A stretch of 64,000 nt of DNA, from contig JAIVFI010000033.1 in NCBI GenBank assembly GCA_025558095.1, positions 62,001 through 126,000 of the forward strand. The letters run 5' to 3'. Under the pieces are notes generated by a model. It saw nothing but the letters and a program-made list of their open reading frames with translations, searched no databases and was not told the origin of the DNA. Below, one piece after another: positions 20,558 through 33,848 of this stretch. The translations under genes and the position numbers were made by a program. Source of the DNA: Hyaloraphidium curvatum SAG 235-1 (lineage: Eukaryota; Fungi; Monoblepharomycota). The number at the start of each line of letters is the position of its first letter. Position 1 is the stretch's first letter.

Positions 20558-23500
20558 TCACACGTAGTAGCTCTGCCCCATCAGCGCCCCGCTCAGCAGC
20601 TCCAGCTCGTCCGGCGTGAACGCCGCGCGGTCCAGCTCCCAGGTATCCTGGTGCGTGCGCACAAAGTCCGCAAACACCGCCCTGACCCCGCTGCCGATCG
20701 GCGACGGGTCGTCCAGGCACGCGGCGAGCGTCGTGAGGACGCCGGGCATCCACGCGGGGACCTCGTACGGGAAGCTACGGACCAGCGCGCCGAGGCCGAG
20801 GACGGCAGAGTGCCGGCGGAGCACGGCGTCGTTGTACTCTGCCGTCGGCGGCGGGGCGGCGGGCCCACGCTGCCTCGCGGGGATGCGCGTCTTCCTCAGA
20901 ATGTCCGAGAAGCGCGCGCGGAGGAGGTCGATCGACTCGCGCTGCGAGCACCGGACCAGCCCCGAGAGCGAGGTCGCGGCGAGCTGGCGCACCTCGATCT
21001 GCGGGTCCGTGAGCATCCCCGCGACGGCCTCCATGACGGCATTGACGGTCGGCGGGTCGAGGACAAAGAGGTGCCGGAAGACGGCGATCTGGATCACGGG
21101 GAGCACGCTCTGCCGGAGGTGCCACGAGGTCGACGACTTGAGCGCGCCCGTGAGGATGGCGAGGCCCTCGCGCAGGCTGGCCGGGGGCTGCGGCATCACG
21201 CCGTAGAGGGAGAGCACGCCCTGGGCCCGCTTCTGCAGCTCCTGCTCCGAAAAGGTGACCATCGCCAGGACCTCCTGCAGCAGGCCGCGGTGGATGTAAG
21301 GCAGCGTGCCCTGCAGCCTCGGGCCGGCGAGCGCGTCGCCGATCCACGCCGTGACGGTCTTGCAGGCGCTGCCGTAGTCCGTCACGGCGGTGACGTTGGC
21401 CGCGCGCTGCACCTCGCCCTCCCCGCGCCATTTGGCCATGTCGCGGAGCAGCGGCTCGAGCCTCTTCATGACTTCGGCGTCCGGGTCCGTCGGGAAGATG
21501 CCGCCGGTGCCCCCGTCGCCGCGGGCGGCGAAGGCCTCGACGGCGGCCGCGGCCGAAGCGAACGAGGGCGACCAGACGGATTGCAGCACGTCGTTGACGG
21601 TGAGGCCGATCATCTCCCTGACCTTCTCGTACGGGTTCCGCACGTTGGCCAGCAGCGAGTCCAGGATCGGCAGCACGCCGCTCCGCAGGCGCCAGCAGTA
21701 GCCCTCGAAGACAATCTGGATCAGCTCCACCTTCTTGGTTTCGTTGAAAAAGGATTCCGAATTGGGATCCAGGCGCAGGGAGAGGATGCCGTCGATGAGG
21801 GGCAGGAGCCGGCGCGGGTCGCGGTTGCGCTGAACATGGATCGCGGTCAGCCAGATTTCCAGTCGGAGAGAGTTCGGCCGCAACCCACCATCGCAGTGAC
21901 GAGGAACGTCGTCCAGTAACCCAGCGCCTCGGGTCCGCACGCCATCATGGTCCCCAGGATGAGCGGCGCCAGCCATGCCCACGTCTTTTGCTGCTTGGCC
22001 AGCGGCCAGTGCTTCATGCCCCGGACCAGGCCGGCGGCCAGCTCCGCCGCCGCCCTCTGCTTGCTCTTCTCCCCCGTCTGCCGGCAGTACTGCTCAAGCA
22101 AAGGCGCCACGCAGGTCTCGAGGAAGGTGTCCTCGAAGTGGGCAAAGGCCGTCTTGTAGAACTTGGCGGCCTTCGCGTCGAACACCTCGAAGGCCATCTC
22201 GCCGCCGTTGCGGCCGGACGCTTCCTGGCTGACGTAGGCCATGTGCCGCGACCAAAACACCGCGTCCGACAGGGTCCTCAAGATGAGATCCGACGCCTCG
22301 GCCGAGGTGGGATCGGAGTACGGCAAGGTGCCTTGCGGCCGCTCCGGAGCGGCACGGTAGGTCTTGTACGAGGCCGGCCAGCAGAAGAATCCCGTCGTCA
22401 GGCGGTCGGAGAACACCGTCGAATCCGTGGGAGGGGACAACGACGAAGAGAGGTAGTGCTCGGTGTAATCTGCGGGCAACGGCGAACCGACCGAGGTGCG
22501 CTGCTTCGCCATCGAAGCGACGTTGGTTCCCGGGGCGAGAAGACCCGCGCGGCGCTTGATGAACTGCAAGATCCGGCAAACAAGGCTGATGGAAGCGCGG
22601 CGGATGTGCGGAATCTCGGACAGCACGCCGCGGAGCAAGACCTCGGTCAGCGCCGGGCTGACCGGCAGGTCATCGCGCAGGATCTGCTCCAGGTAGTTCA
22701 ACGCCATTGAGCCGTACCGCCAGTGGGTGTTGGGCGACGCCGCGACCTCCAGGAGCGAGTCGACCGTCCTCTTGTAGGCGTCGGCCTTGATAGAATCCGC
22801 GGCATCCACCTCGCCTCGCGTCCGCGAGAGCAGCGACGCGTCCAGCTGGACACCAAACGCGGCAGCCATGTCCGCGACGGGGTTCTCGAACAGACCGCTC
22901 CGCACGCTCCTGATGGAAATGTCGGCGTATCGGCCCAGGGATTCCAAAAAGTTCTTGCGGATAAGCTCCTGCAACGTCGGCTTTTCCGCGTACTGTGCCT
23001 TTGTGAGCGCAGTCACGAACCGCTGGAGGAGGTTGAAGTCCGTGAGGCAGGCCCGGCCGAAGCGGTCGGACTGGAGCAGGTACAGCGCGCCCTTGAGCGC
23101 GTCCTCCTCTTCCGCCGCCGGCGGCTGCTCGAGGACGGCGATCGCCTTGGGCGCCAGCTCAAACACTGCCGAAGGGAACACGCGCAATGAAACCGAAAGG
23201 AAGCTCTGCGCGTACTGGCGCACTTTGGCGTAGCGGGCAAGCGACAGCTCCGCCAGGTCGACAAGGAGGGTCTCGACGATGGGCGTACGCGGAAGGTTGA
23301 GGTTGTTGTTCTTGAGCCGGTAGAGGTGGGCAGCGTAGAGCCGGTTGACCAGCATCCAGCGCGGAAGACGGTGGCCGTGCTCCGGAGTCCGGATTACGGA
23401 CTTGTACCAGCTGTATGACCTAGCGACCTGGTCGTACTTGCCCGGGTTCAAGCTTGAGTCGCAGATGAAGACGCCGATCACCTTGGTGAGGACCTTGAAG

Positions 23501-26500
23501 GCTTCGATGTCGTCCTCGCGATGCTGACGGAGGTAGACGACCATGTCGTGAAGCATCGAACCAAAAGATTCCCTGAGCTGCCTTGCGCGCTGGAAGCGCG
23601 GATCACTGGGGTCCGAGAAGGCGTAGCCAGCCTCGACCCGCTTCCGGACCGAGTTGGGCACGTTGGGTTCGGCGAACATGCTCTGCATCCCAGAGAGGCA
23701 GTTCTTGACGATGCCGAGGTTCTTGACGATCTCGTTCGAAGCCTCGCGGGGATCGACGGCTTCGCCAACCGCACCAGCGCCGTTCGCGGTCCGAATCTCT
23801 TCCAACCGCTGCAGCGCACGACGACCCCAGGTTTCGACGATCCTCAGTGCCGCGTCCTTCTCGGCATCGCCGGGCACGTTCCATTCCGTGCCCAGATCCC
23901 CCGGATCCGGCATCTCGCCCCAGTGCGCGTAGTGCTGCCCCATATGGGTCTGGTCCTCCCAGCGTTGCGGATCCACGCAGCGAGTCTCCAGGGGGTAAAC
24001 GTCCACGAGGCTCTTGACGATTCGCCGGAGCAGCTTCCCTGCGTAGCGGAACCCTCGGTCGCTCTTGCACTTGTCCAGCGTCAGCTCGAGGAGTGGCTCC
24101 ACCAACGGCAGCCGTCGCAGCATCTCGTTCGCCGGCAGGGTCTGGCACGCGTTGTACGCAATGCTCTGCCACCAATGAAGGGGTCCGTCCGAGCTGGGCA
24201 CCTCGGCAGTCCCAGGCAGCGGCCTCGACGATGCACCGTGCGAAAGCTCTTCGGCAATGCGGTCCGCGGCGAGAGGAAGGAAGACGTCGAGCATCGCCGA
24301 AGGATCGTACCCGCCAACGGATCCGACAAGGCGCCCCATCGGCTTGGTGGCATTGGGAATGCAGTTGGCGAGGGCAAAGGATCGGATGCGGGAGATCGAT
24401 GATCGAATCACGTCCGGAGGGCAGTGGTTGAAGATGAACGAACACGTGGGCTAGAGGTAACGTTTTAAGCAAACGCCCGCCAAAGAAGCACGAAAGTCAC
24501 AAACCATGAGCATGGCCATGACCTGATCCTCGCTCTGGTTCGCCCCACTCGAGCCGAAACCTTGAGGCAGGTTTTGGAACTGAAGCGCGGGATCAGAATC
24601 ACCTCAGAGTGCGTGCTCGCCGGACGACCGCTCACCATCAGGAAGACCCTGTCCAGGAAAGCGTCCACCCATGCGGCAAACAAAGCAGTGGAGTCCCTCA
24701 GCTCCAACTCTGCCTCTTCCCCCGAGCCCTCAACGACCAGCCAGCTCCCGTCGCTTTCGGCGTCCGGCGATCTCGTCCTTCCCTCTTCGCGTCCCACCGC
24801 AGCGCCCGTGACCCTCCATTTCGGCTTTGGCGCCCACGGCTCGCCCCTCGAGACGGCTCCAGCGTCGATTAACGGCACAGTCCCGACGGCGGCAAGGATC
24901 CACGAGAGACTGGCCCTAGTCTTGCCGGGGTCGTTCATGTCGATGCCGGGCAGTGCTGCCTGCAGCAATGGGACCAAGTTTGCCGCACCGGCCGGGAAGT
25001 GCGAGCGGGTGAGCATCGGCAACGCGAGCTGGGAAAGCAGTTGGATGGAAGCCGAAGTGCGGTGCACTGACGCGGCGCCTTCCCCGACAAGAGCGTTGCC
25101 GATAGCCTCGAGGCAGGGCGGGATCGTGCCCTCGGGGTCCAGCCAGGCGAGCTGGCGGAGAGCTTGATGCGAGATGGCCACTGCATGTCCATCCTTGCCG
25201 TAAGCGGCGAGCAGTAGCGGCGGGCGAAGAATTGCTGCGAGACTCCGGACATGATCCCCGGTCAGGCGATTCTTTTCGGGTATCTTGGAATCCTCCGCAC
25301 GTTCTTGATAGTGAAGCGGTTATACTTGCGGTGCAAGACCGAACCAACGTCGGAAACCTACCTTCCCTCCACCTCAAGAGCGTGTGCTCCGCGACACCGG
25401 CCAACCACCGCACGAGGCCTTGAGTCCACTTGCCGGTGTTGCTCGGATGAAACCAGGTATCCAGCGCCGCCACGGCTTCCTCCAGAATCTCCCAGATGCC
25501 TTCTGATGAAGCAATGTCCGGCCGCGCGGACCAGACCATAAGCTCAGCCAATCCTCTGACCCCTTCGCCCTTGGCCTTGCCCAACGCGTCCCCTGCAGCG
25601 CCACCCATGCTCTCCAGGATCGCAGCGATTCCGGAACGTGCTTTGCCGGGTCCAATAGGGAGTTCGACCGCCCCTCCCATCCCAAGGGCGGCGGCCGTCG
25701 CGGTTCTGAGCTGTGGAACAGAAATGGCTGGCGACGAAAGTCGTAGGGAGGCTCGGGCGGAGCGGGAAAGCAGGGTGAGGAGCGAAGTGGGAGGAATGGA
25801 GGTGGAGTGGGAGGACAGATAGAGCGCGAGTATGACCGGCAGGTGCTCGTACGGATCTTGCGTGCCGTCACTTCAGGCACAATTGAGCAGAGCACATTGG
25901 TGCAGCCACAAAAGCGCACTCACGGAAAATCGTAAGGAAGGAAACCGCCGAGCGCCTGGTATGCTATAGTGGAAGACAAGCCTGACTCGTGGTCGACAAG
26001 AGGAAGAAACTCGCGGAGCATGGCGTCACGAGAGGCGACGGGATCACGGAAAAAGTGGCGTGCCAGATCCGTCACGGCCAACAGGTTGGTAAGAGGCTTG
26101 CTGAAGTCGGGAATAGTTTAGGCAAGGTTCACTCCGTGCTGCCGGCAATCGCTCACGTTTCCGAGGGGGTCATCCGATCGCGTCCCTTGATGCCCATCAT
26201 TCCCTTCCATGCTTTCCAGAGAGGCCGCCAGTCCAGCTGCAGCTTGTCGCCCTCTGGCAGGCTTTCAAGCTCCTCTCGCTTCTTGAGCAGCCGGGCCAAG
26301 GAACCGAGCACGGGGTCCAGCACGCCGGGATCCAGCCGCGAATTGTAGGACGAGATATCCGGGCCTTCGAGCTGCGGCGATTCCGAGAGCGGTTCGTCCG
26401 ACATTGCCGACGGGTTGCGCGAGGTCGGAAGCTCCAGAACGGCGAACAGCGTCCTGATCAGCACCGCCCTCTGTGCCGCCGGCAACGGCAGCTTCATGTC

Positions 26501-26830
26501 CGTGTACTGCCTCAATTTCCTGATCCAGCCGACCACTCCGACGCGTGCTTCTCCGCCGTTGGCCTTTCCACCGTACCAGTCCCCTGCCAGGAGCGAAGTG
26601 CCCAGCCCCGAGACAATTGGCATCAGCAGGGCAGCGGCCTCCGCCTCGAATCGCGCCCCAGGATCTTTCGGGGCCTCCGGCGAGTGCGAAAAGAGCTGCG
26701 AAGACGATGGCGCGAGGTACGGAAGCTGTAGCGAGATCTTCCTGTCCACTTTCGGGAACACGGGAGGCTCCGCGACGCGACCCCCGACGCAGTCGCCAGG
26801 CGGAGGACCGCCCAAGTCCATGAAGTCCAT
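20558..26830 (-). CDS. BLM10: Proteasome activator Blm10/PA200 (HEAT-repeat protein), multi-exon
   Basis: LQLDWRPLWK, TWFHPSNTGKW, ALPGIDMNDPGKT, SFPYEVPAWMP, FVRTHQDTWE and the C-terminal HbYX-type tail ..QSYYV*. Confidence 0.92.
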
Positions 26831-27242
26831 GATGTTGAGCCCCTCGCCAAGGGTTCTATCGGTGCCGAAGCCGACCCGGTCGCCCTCGAGGGGCCGGTTC
26901 GTTCCTTTCGAGATCTCCCGTCCCGCAACGGAAGCGTCCGACGTCGGGGAAGGGCGGAAGCTCGGAAAATGGAGCCTCGACCGCTCCTACTATTCCTCCA
27001 ACTGGCGAACGGGGCAGATCTTGTTCTGGAGCCGGGCAATGGTCACGAGTTTGGAGAGCAGCGGAGGAGTCGGGCCACCGCGCTTGCGTTTCAAGCGTCG
27101 ATCTTCAAACTTCTTCTGCTCAGATCTCACCATCTGAACGGACGGACGGACAAGCACGACGATATGATCTGCATTGTATTCTTGCTAATGATCCAGTTCC
27201 ATGGACACCGAAAAGAACGTACAGCTTCGATCCAATTCCTTA

Positions 27243-28543
27243 CTAAGCGGCGGCCGAGCCCCGTCCGATCCAAGCAGCCAGGTCTCGAAGCCAGGCGCGG
27301 CCCACGTCGTCAACGGGGAGCGAAGCTGCCCTGACGATCTTGCCCTCGTCGTCGATGGTGTGAGCGATGTCGGTATCAGGGGCGTCTTATCGTCGCACGT
27401 CAAGCACAATGATCGATATTAACGCGGCCGAGCCCTTACTGACGCTGCGCAATGTCGGCTTCCATAGGCAGCTTGCCGAAGATGAAAGTAATGGGAGCCC
27501 TGGCACGGTTCGGAGCGCTGGGGCGTAGATCAACGAGCAAGATCAAAACTCGAGCAACGGTCCGGAGCATCAACAGCTTACGGTGTATAGACTTCCGTGG
27601 GTTCAAGAGCGTCGGTAAGGCCGGCCCCGTACCACTCGTCGAGCTTCTTTCGCACTTCCTCTTTGGATATGTTGCGTTTATCACCGGCCTCGCCCATCAA
27701 ACAGCGAAATCTCACCTTTGCCAACCACGACGCCGCCAAAGGGATCGATGTACTCCACGTTGGAGTCCATCAAGTCCAGAACCCTGTCTGCGCTCTTCGA
27801 CACGGCCTGGATCGCCGCGACAAATGCTTCCTTGGCTCGCTTGTACTCGCCGGGAGGGACCCCGTGCTCCTTATCCAGGGCTCGGAGGATGCGCAGGGAG
27901 AAATCCCTGGTGCGCAGATCGGCTGCCTGGATCTGGATCTGCCACGATCGAAGGTGGAAATCAAGGACGGGCCGAGGATGACGGCTCCATCAACACGCAC
28001 CCGCGTGAACTTGAGATCGTCGTTGGCATGGAAATTGAAGCGAAGCAAAGTGTCTGCAAGCACACGGAATCAGGTGCGGAAAGCTGGAGACTCGGTGAGG
28101 GAGCCCCACCGGTCCACAGCCCATCCAGAGCCGGGCGCGCCGTCGTCGAGAGCACCGTCGCCGCAGCCGTGTGCAATCCTTGTCCTAGAGCATTCAGATG
28201 GACGTCGACCGACGACTTGAGCTCGGCGGTCATCTCCAGGTCAACTTCCATGCGCAGACGTGGCGATCCGAGTCAAGCCTCCATGAGCCGCCCAGCGCAG
28301 CCGTCGTACGTACGCCAGCCCTTGAGCGCTCCCTCGACTTCCTCCTTCCCGAGATACCTGTAGAGGCGGACCTTATCATGGTCCGCGTGACCGGCTCGCG
28401 GGAGACACTCACTCCCAGACCATGTCGACCAGAAACAGCTTTTCGGGGTCGGCGACAAACTCCCAAACCCAGGAAACATCGTGCGACTTGCGCTCGCTGT
28501 TTGAGCGCTCAAAAAACGCCTTAACTTTGTCGGAAAGGTGCAT
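27243..28543 (-). CDS. Tandem SnoaL/NTF2-like domain protein, ~8 short exons, not captured by the ORF track
   Basis: Spliced model: MHLSDKVKAFF..DVSWVWEFVAD..LVDMVWE|YLGKEEVEGALKGW...FNFHANDDLKFTR|IQIQ...AKEAFVAAI..VLDLMDSNVEYIDPFGGVVVGK|EEVRKKLDEWY...HTIDDEGKIVRAA...GSAAA*. All introns are GT-AG and keep frame. Confidence 0.55.
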
Positions 28544-28753
28544 CTTGGTTCGGAGTTGGTGACCTCGGAACGATGACTCGTCGCTCGCGAGCCGCCGCCC
28601 AAGCACGAGGCGCCAAACAACTCCGCCGCGAATCTCTTGCTGCTCGCAGACCGGAGTCGAAGGAAAAATATAAAAAAGAATCTCATCTAGAAGATGACCA
28701 TGACTGTACATCAGCATTTCCAGTTCCTCGCCCACTCCGCACTCCTCCAAGTT

Positions 28754-31108
28754 CTACGCCACAACCCGCGCGCTCGTGCTGGTCTTCGACAGCTTGGCCT
28801 GCGCGAGCACCTTCTCCGCCGACTCGGCCGCCGCCTCGGCGTCGGCCTTAGCCTGCGCGTTGCGCTTCGAGCGCCGGGCCAGGAGCACGCCGAGGGCGAC
28901 GAGGGCGGCCGCCACCACGGCGGCGACGACGGCGATGCCGGCGATAGCCCCGGGCGAGAGAGACGTCGAGGAGGTGCTGAGCACGGTGACCGAGCCGTCG
29001 CTGGAGACCTGGATGTTCTCGGGCACCCGGATGGAGACGGGCTTGGTGACGAGCTCGGCGTCCTGGATCGACGAGGCCGTCTCGATGTTCTGCACCTCGA
29101 CGTCGCGGTAGAGGAGGCGGCGGCGGCGCTGGCCGGCGAAGTTCTGCCTCTGGTCGGCGTACATCCTGATGAGCAGGGTGATGGTGTACGAGAGCTGCTT
29201 GTTGCGGTCGTTGGGCAGAAGGATCATGGCGTCCGTGCTGTCGTCCACGCTGTCGAAGCCGCTCAGTTCGGTCGACCGAAGCCGGATGTTGGGCGTGAAC
29301 GAGGTGCGGATGGTCCACTGCTTGCCGGAGTCGGCCGAGTCGATGGCGCTGACGAAATTGACGTTGGTGCCGATTGTCGTACGGGCGCCAGCAGAGGCAC
29401 CGGAAACGGCAGTGGCGTCAGCCGCAGTCCACAGGCCCCAGTAGCCCGAGAGGCCGTTCGTGCCCGTGCGGGCGACGCGGTACTCCTTGATGGCCACGGC
29501 GTCGAGCTGCTTGTTGGTGGTGAAGACGCCGTTGGCCTCGACGGTCTGGCCGATCGTGCGCGAGGTCCTGCGCGGAACAGAAGCGTCAGCAGCAGCTCCA
29601 TGGGCCACGTCGCCGGCAAACTCACGCAAGCACGTCGAACTGCGTGGTCCAAGTGATGGGGAAGTCAGTCTGCGCGCTCTTGCAAAAGTCGATGTTGCCG
29701 GTGAACTTGAAGGCGCCGAGGTTGGACAGCTGGAGCGCGTCGCGCATCTTGACCTCGCCGCACTGGAAGTTCTGGGTGCCGTTGTAGGTCGAGTTGCAGT
29801 CCAGGTAGAAGTCGAACTGGTACGCAGTCTCCGAGGAGATCGAGCACGAGGCCTCGATGGAGAGGGTCGGCGTCCAAGTGTACGTGAGGACGCCCTCGAC
29901 CCGGCACTCTTCTCCAATGCTGTCGCATGCGGTGCCCGCGAGGGTATGGTAGCCGTCCTGGTTGTTGGTGAACGAGTTGCTGAAGACGCCGCCGGGGTAG
30001 ACGGCGTTGTCCGTCAGGTCCTTGCCGGCGTACGTGTTGCTGCCGTCGTTCACGAGGAAGCCGTTGGCGTTGGCTGCGTAGATGGGCAGCTTGGCGAAGT
30101 AGGGGAACAGCGTCGTGAGCTCGTAAGAGATGTGGGCCTGGACGACGCCGGCCTCGCTCTTCTCGTACGTGACGCCGGTGACCGTGAAGTCATTCTTGTC
30201 TGCAAGAGAAAGATGCGTCAGAAGGTGGAGGCAGGCCTTTGGCGAGGCAACTCACAGAAGTCCTCGGTGCTCGAGGTCTCAGAGGTCGTCTTGTTGACCT
30301 CGCTCTGCACCTGGATGATGACGTCGTACCAGGTCGACATTGCCGAGCGGGGCATGCCGTCGACGCTGCCGGTGGCGCCGACCAGGTCGTTGTCCTGCCA
30401 CTGCACGTGGATGCGGCCCTTGTAGTTGCGGTAGGTGCCGTTGGTGAGGGCCGACTCGTTGGCCGAGATGGTGAAGCCGCAGTTGGCGACCCCCGAGCTG
30501 CGGAAGGTCTCCCAGGCCATGACCCATCTGTGGTTGAAGTAGCAGGTGGAGCCGGAGCTTGCCGCAGTCAGAGAGTCCTCCGCGGTGCTGATGACCACGT
30601 TGGGCTCCGGGCTGGCGACGTCGGCGAAGCGGGCGAAGGACTGCTTGCACTGAGCGTTCCCGCCGGAAATGGCGGCAACGGCGTCCGTGTAGGTAGTGAC
30701 CGAGGGGCCGGAGAGGGCAATGTCGAGTTTCCTGTGCGAGGACAAGGGGTCAGCGCCGGCCCGCGTTGCGACGTTTGTGAGATGCCCACCTGAAGTAGCC
30801 AGTGCCGTCGCCGGGAGCCGGAGGGCCGGTCTGCACCCAGAACTCGAGGTCGTCGGTGCCGTTGACGACGTAGGAGTACGAGGCCGAGTCGCCGGTGGCG
30901 AGCAGGCGGGGACCAGCGGGGATGTAGCCGGGCTGCGGGAGGGAACGTCAGTGCCGGGACGGGGGCCCGCACGCAACGGGAAGCTCACGTCGGTGTCGTT
31001 GCCGAGGGTGGGGAGCTGCATGGTGCAGGTGAGCGCCGCCGCGGCGGGCGCCACGAACGCCGCGAGGGCGAGCGCTCCGAAGAGCAGCCTATTGCCGCGC
31101 GAGAGCAT
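28754..31108 (-). CDS. Type I membrane/cell-surface glycoprotein of unknown function
   Basis: Signal peptide MLSRGNRLLFGALALAAFVAPAAA, Cys-containing beta-rich ectodomain with N-X-S/T sites, polybasic QRRRRLL, TM GAIAGIAVVAAVVAAALVALGVLLA and stop-transfer RRSKR. About 4 introns. Confidence 0.75.
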
Positions 31109-31975
31109 GGCGGAGACGAGTGGGTGTTGCAGTGTTTGAATGTCGTTCGAATGATGGGGGAACCGGTTCGAGGGCCCGTCCTTTTGTATCGTGGCCGCGT
31201 CCCTCGTTGTGTCATCCGTCGTGCCCTTGTTGGGATCGTTAATTTCAGGGATCCCGCCCGCGGTCCCCTGAACCGAAACCTTCGAGCCAGGCCACCGGAG
31301 GCCACACACTCTCTCATTCGGGCCCGGCCAGGCCCATTGGTTGTGGTTCCGGTGCTTTCCCCGCGTTTTCTGGCCTTCCGGGGTCAAAAGGGGAACAAGG
31401 TGTCCGACCGTCCCTCCGATGCTTAGGTCAGCAAGCGGCCCCCATGGCGCGCATGATGTCGTTGGGATCCGTTTTCCTCCCTTGAGGACAGCCCCCTTCG
31501 AAACCCTTTTCCCCAGGGACGCTCTGCCCAACGGCCGGGGTCGTTAGAGGCCACTCCGTAACGTCTGCGCCTCCCGGACGCTCGCACTGCCCGAGCGGCC
31601 GCACTCCCATTCCCACCGGCCGCCCGCCACCGAGGGACCGTCCGCTCGGGTGACTAACCGGTTCATGACCTAATGCGGTAATGACGTCGGTGGCACCCTC
31701 GATCCCCTTTCCAACCGGTCCTCGAGGGATCCTACCAGGGCGCCGGGCTCGTCGGAGCTTACGGCTTGCTTCGGCCGACGGACCGGTCCCGTCGTCGCAA
31801 TCCCGGGCTTCCGCCGCGGTCCCTGCTCCTACTTGGGCTGGACCGCCCGCCCGGCGAGGGGTTTGCGCCGACGACCAGTAGGGCCAAGGACACCCGCCCC
31901 GCCGCAAGCGCCGCCGTGGGAGCTGCTGCTATTCTTCGCACCGTGACATTACCGCCCCTGCGACGGCCGCGGCCC

Positions 31976-33027
31976 TCACAGCGACGGCGCCGCGCCGTCG
32001 ACCAGCTCCTTGCGGAAGAAATCTGCGATCATGGCCACGGCCTCCTCGGCGCGCTGCTTGTTGAGCGGATCCGAGAAGTTGCCGCGCGTCTGGCACCACC
32101 TGCGGGCACCGGCGAGAAGGCGGTCAGCATGGCCAGGCCGGAGGAAGTGTACACGACGCACCCATGGAACACGTCCGAGAACCTCTTGTGCACGCTCCTC
32201 GCCCCCACGCCCTCCTTCTTGTGGATGGTCTCCCAGAACTCCCCCGACACGATCTCGGGCTCGTCCTTGCTCGGGAGCAGGCACACCGCCCCGCCGACCT
32301 TCTCCGCGTCCGACATCTCCAGCATCGCCGGGTGCACGCTGGCCGCCGCGCGCACCCCCTTGGCGACCAGCGCGGGGGTGCCGACGGCCTGGATGCAGAT
32401 CTTGCCGCCCCAGCAGAAGCCGACGACGCCAAAGGCGGTACAGCCGACCTTGTTAAGGGTGGCGATGGCCGCGTGGAGGTCGGGCTCGACGACGCCGGGG
32501 AAGTTGGTGCGCTGCGCGTATTTCTGCACCGCAGCGGGGCCCTTTTCGACCATTTCCTGCTGCGTGATGGCGACCTGCCGGCGGAAAGGGGTCAGTTTGG
32601 GGAGTTGCTGTGAAGCGAGATCGAGAGACCTTGCGGAAGAAGTCGATTATGACCACCTGGTGCCAAATGCGGCCGTCAGCCTCATCCTGCTTGGTCCACC
32701 GAACGGCAAAGAAGCACGAACCGGCAGTCCCGTCGCCTCGCTCAGCAGGTCCGCGACCTGCCTCCCATTGTTGTCTGCCGCCCCAGGTCAGCCTGCTCAA
32801 CCTCCCCAAACCCCCAAACGCGACCCACTCTGCGCCGGCTCGAACCCCCAGATGTCGTACACGTGGATGATCGCCGCCGACGCGCGCTCGGGCCCCGTCC
32901 AGTATGCCCTCGCGCCGGGCACGAACTCGTCGATCACGCGGCCCTTTGGCGCGTAGCCCGTGCCCTGGAGCACGATGGAGGCCGCGGGGACGGGGGTGGA
33001 GCAGCAGTCGGCGGTGGGGATCGACAT
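31976..33027 (-). CDS. Dienelactone hydrolase family (alpha/beta hydrolase)
   Basis: CCSTP N-terminus, IIHVYDIWGF, nucleophile motif GVVGFCWGGK, ASVHPA, LPSKDE and FSDVFHG|WCQTRG. Multi-exon. Confidence 0.88.
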
Positions 33028-33848
33028 GGCGCGGCGCGGGGTGCGGAGGGAGGGCGGGGGCAGGAGAGCGGGTGCGGGACGCGCGAGGGGGAAGATGGCC
33101 GCGAGAGGCGGGACTCGGGCGGCGATGCGGCGCGGGGCGAGACGTAGCAGGGTGGCCAGCGCGTGCGGCGGCCGCAAAGAGGGCAAAGAAGGCAGCGGGG
33201 CGAGGACGACGCGTCGGTAGGCGAGTCTCCGTGGTCGATCGCGCAACTCGGGCCCGTGCTCAGTGCTCACCCAGCGAGCATCCACCGAGAGTCCCTTCAG
33301 AGAATAAGAAAAATGCGAAATTCATCGACTTTGAGAAAGCGCGAGCAAGGAACTAAGCGCCAATTCTATTTGCGCAGAAACTCGTCCGAGGATGGTGCAG
33401 TCGAAGAGGCTGATCCGGATTCAGCTTAGAGACCTCCCGCTCTACCCCGTTGCGGTTCGGAGTTCTTTGCCAGAATGATGATACCAGGAAGCTGCTCTTG
33501 CAAGTTGACGAGAATCATATATGGATGGATGTTGCCGGCTGCCGTGTCTCACGGCGCGCGACGGCGAGTGACAACCAAACTTGGGTGGTCTAAAAGAAGA
33601 AGTGTGCACTCCAGGTCAGAAATAGCCCCCTGCAGTCTCTTCCTGCCGATCCGGTAGCGCCCTCGAGACAGGACTCTTCGGAGCGGCGGGTGCGAGTTCT
33701 TGCGTGCCGGTATCTTCACGTGACGCGGCGTTGTCGCGGCCTCTTTGCTGTCAATCTCACAATTTAGTTGAGGAGCCCGACATATGGTCGACGACGGATC
33801 GGACCCCGCTCGATTTGAGGCTCATCCTCTGGGCCGACAGGGCCGCTG

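Noticed and set aside
16522-21919. Many long overlapping ORFs (e.g. 16522-17967+, 16889-18370+, 18663-20258+, 20255-21919+), and similar ones elsewhere (52241-53815-, 54918-56465-, 56809-58386-)
   Set aside because: They are antisense or alternative-frame shadows expected from very high GC and codon bias. They are Arg/Gly/Pro-rich, have no motifs, and lie opposite well-supported genes.
26990-27133. 47-aa minus-strand ORF MVRSEQKKFEDRR... upstream of BLM10
   Set aside because: It has no recognisable motif, and the preceding SnoaL-like gene already ends at 27243. It could be a uORF but nothing supports that.
27330-27450. Apparent non-canonical intron in the SnoaL-like gene
   Set aside because: A canonical GTCAGT...TTGAC...TAAG intron restores the frame (IAQ|HAPDTDIAHTIDDEGKIV), so no unusual splicing is needed.
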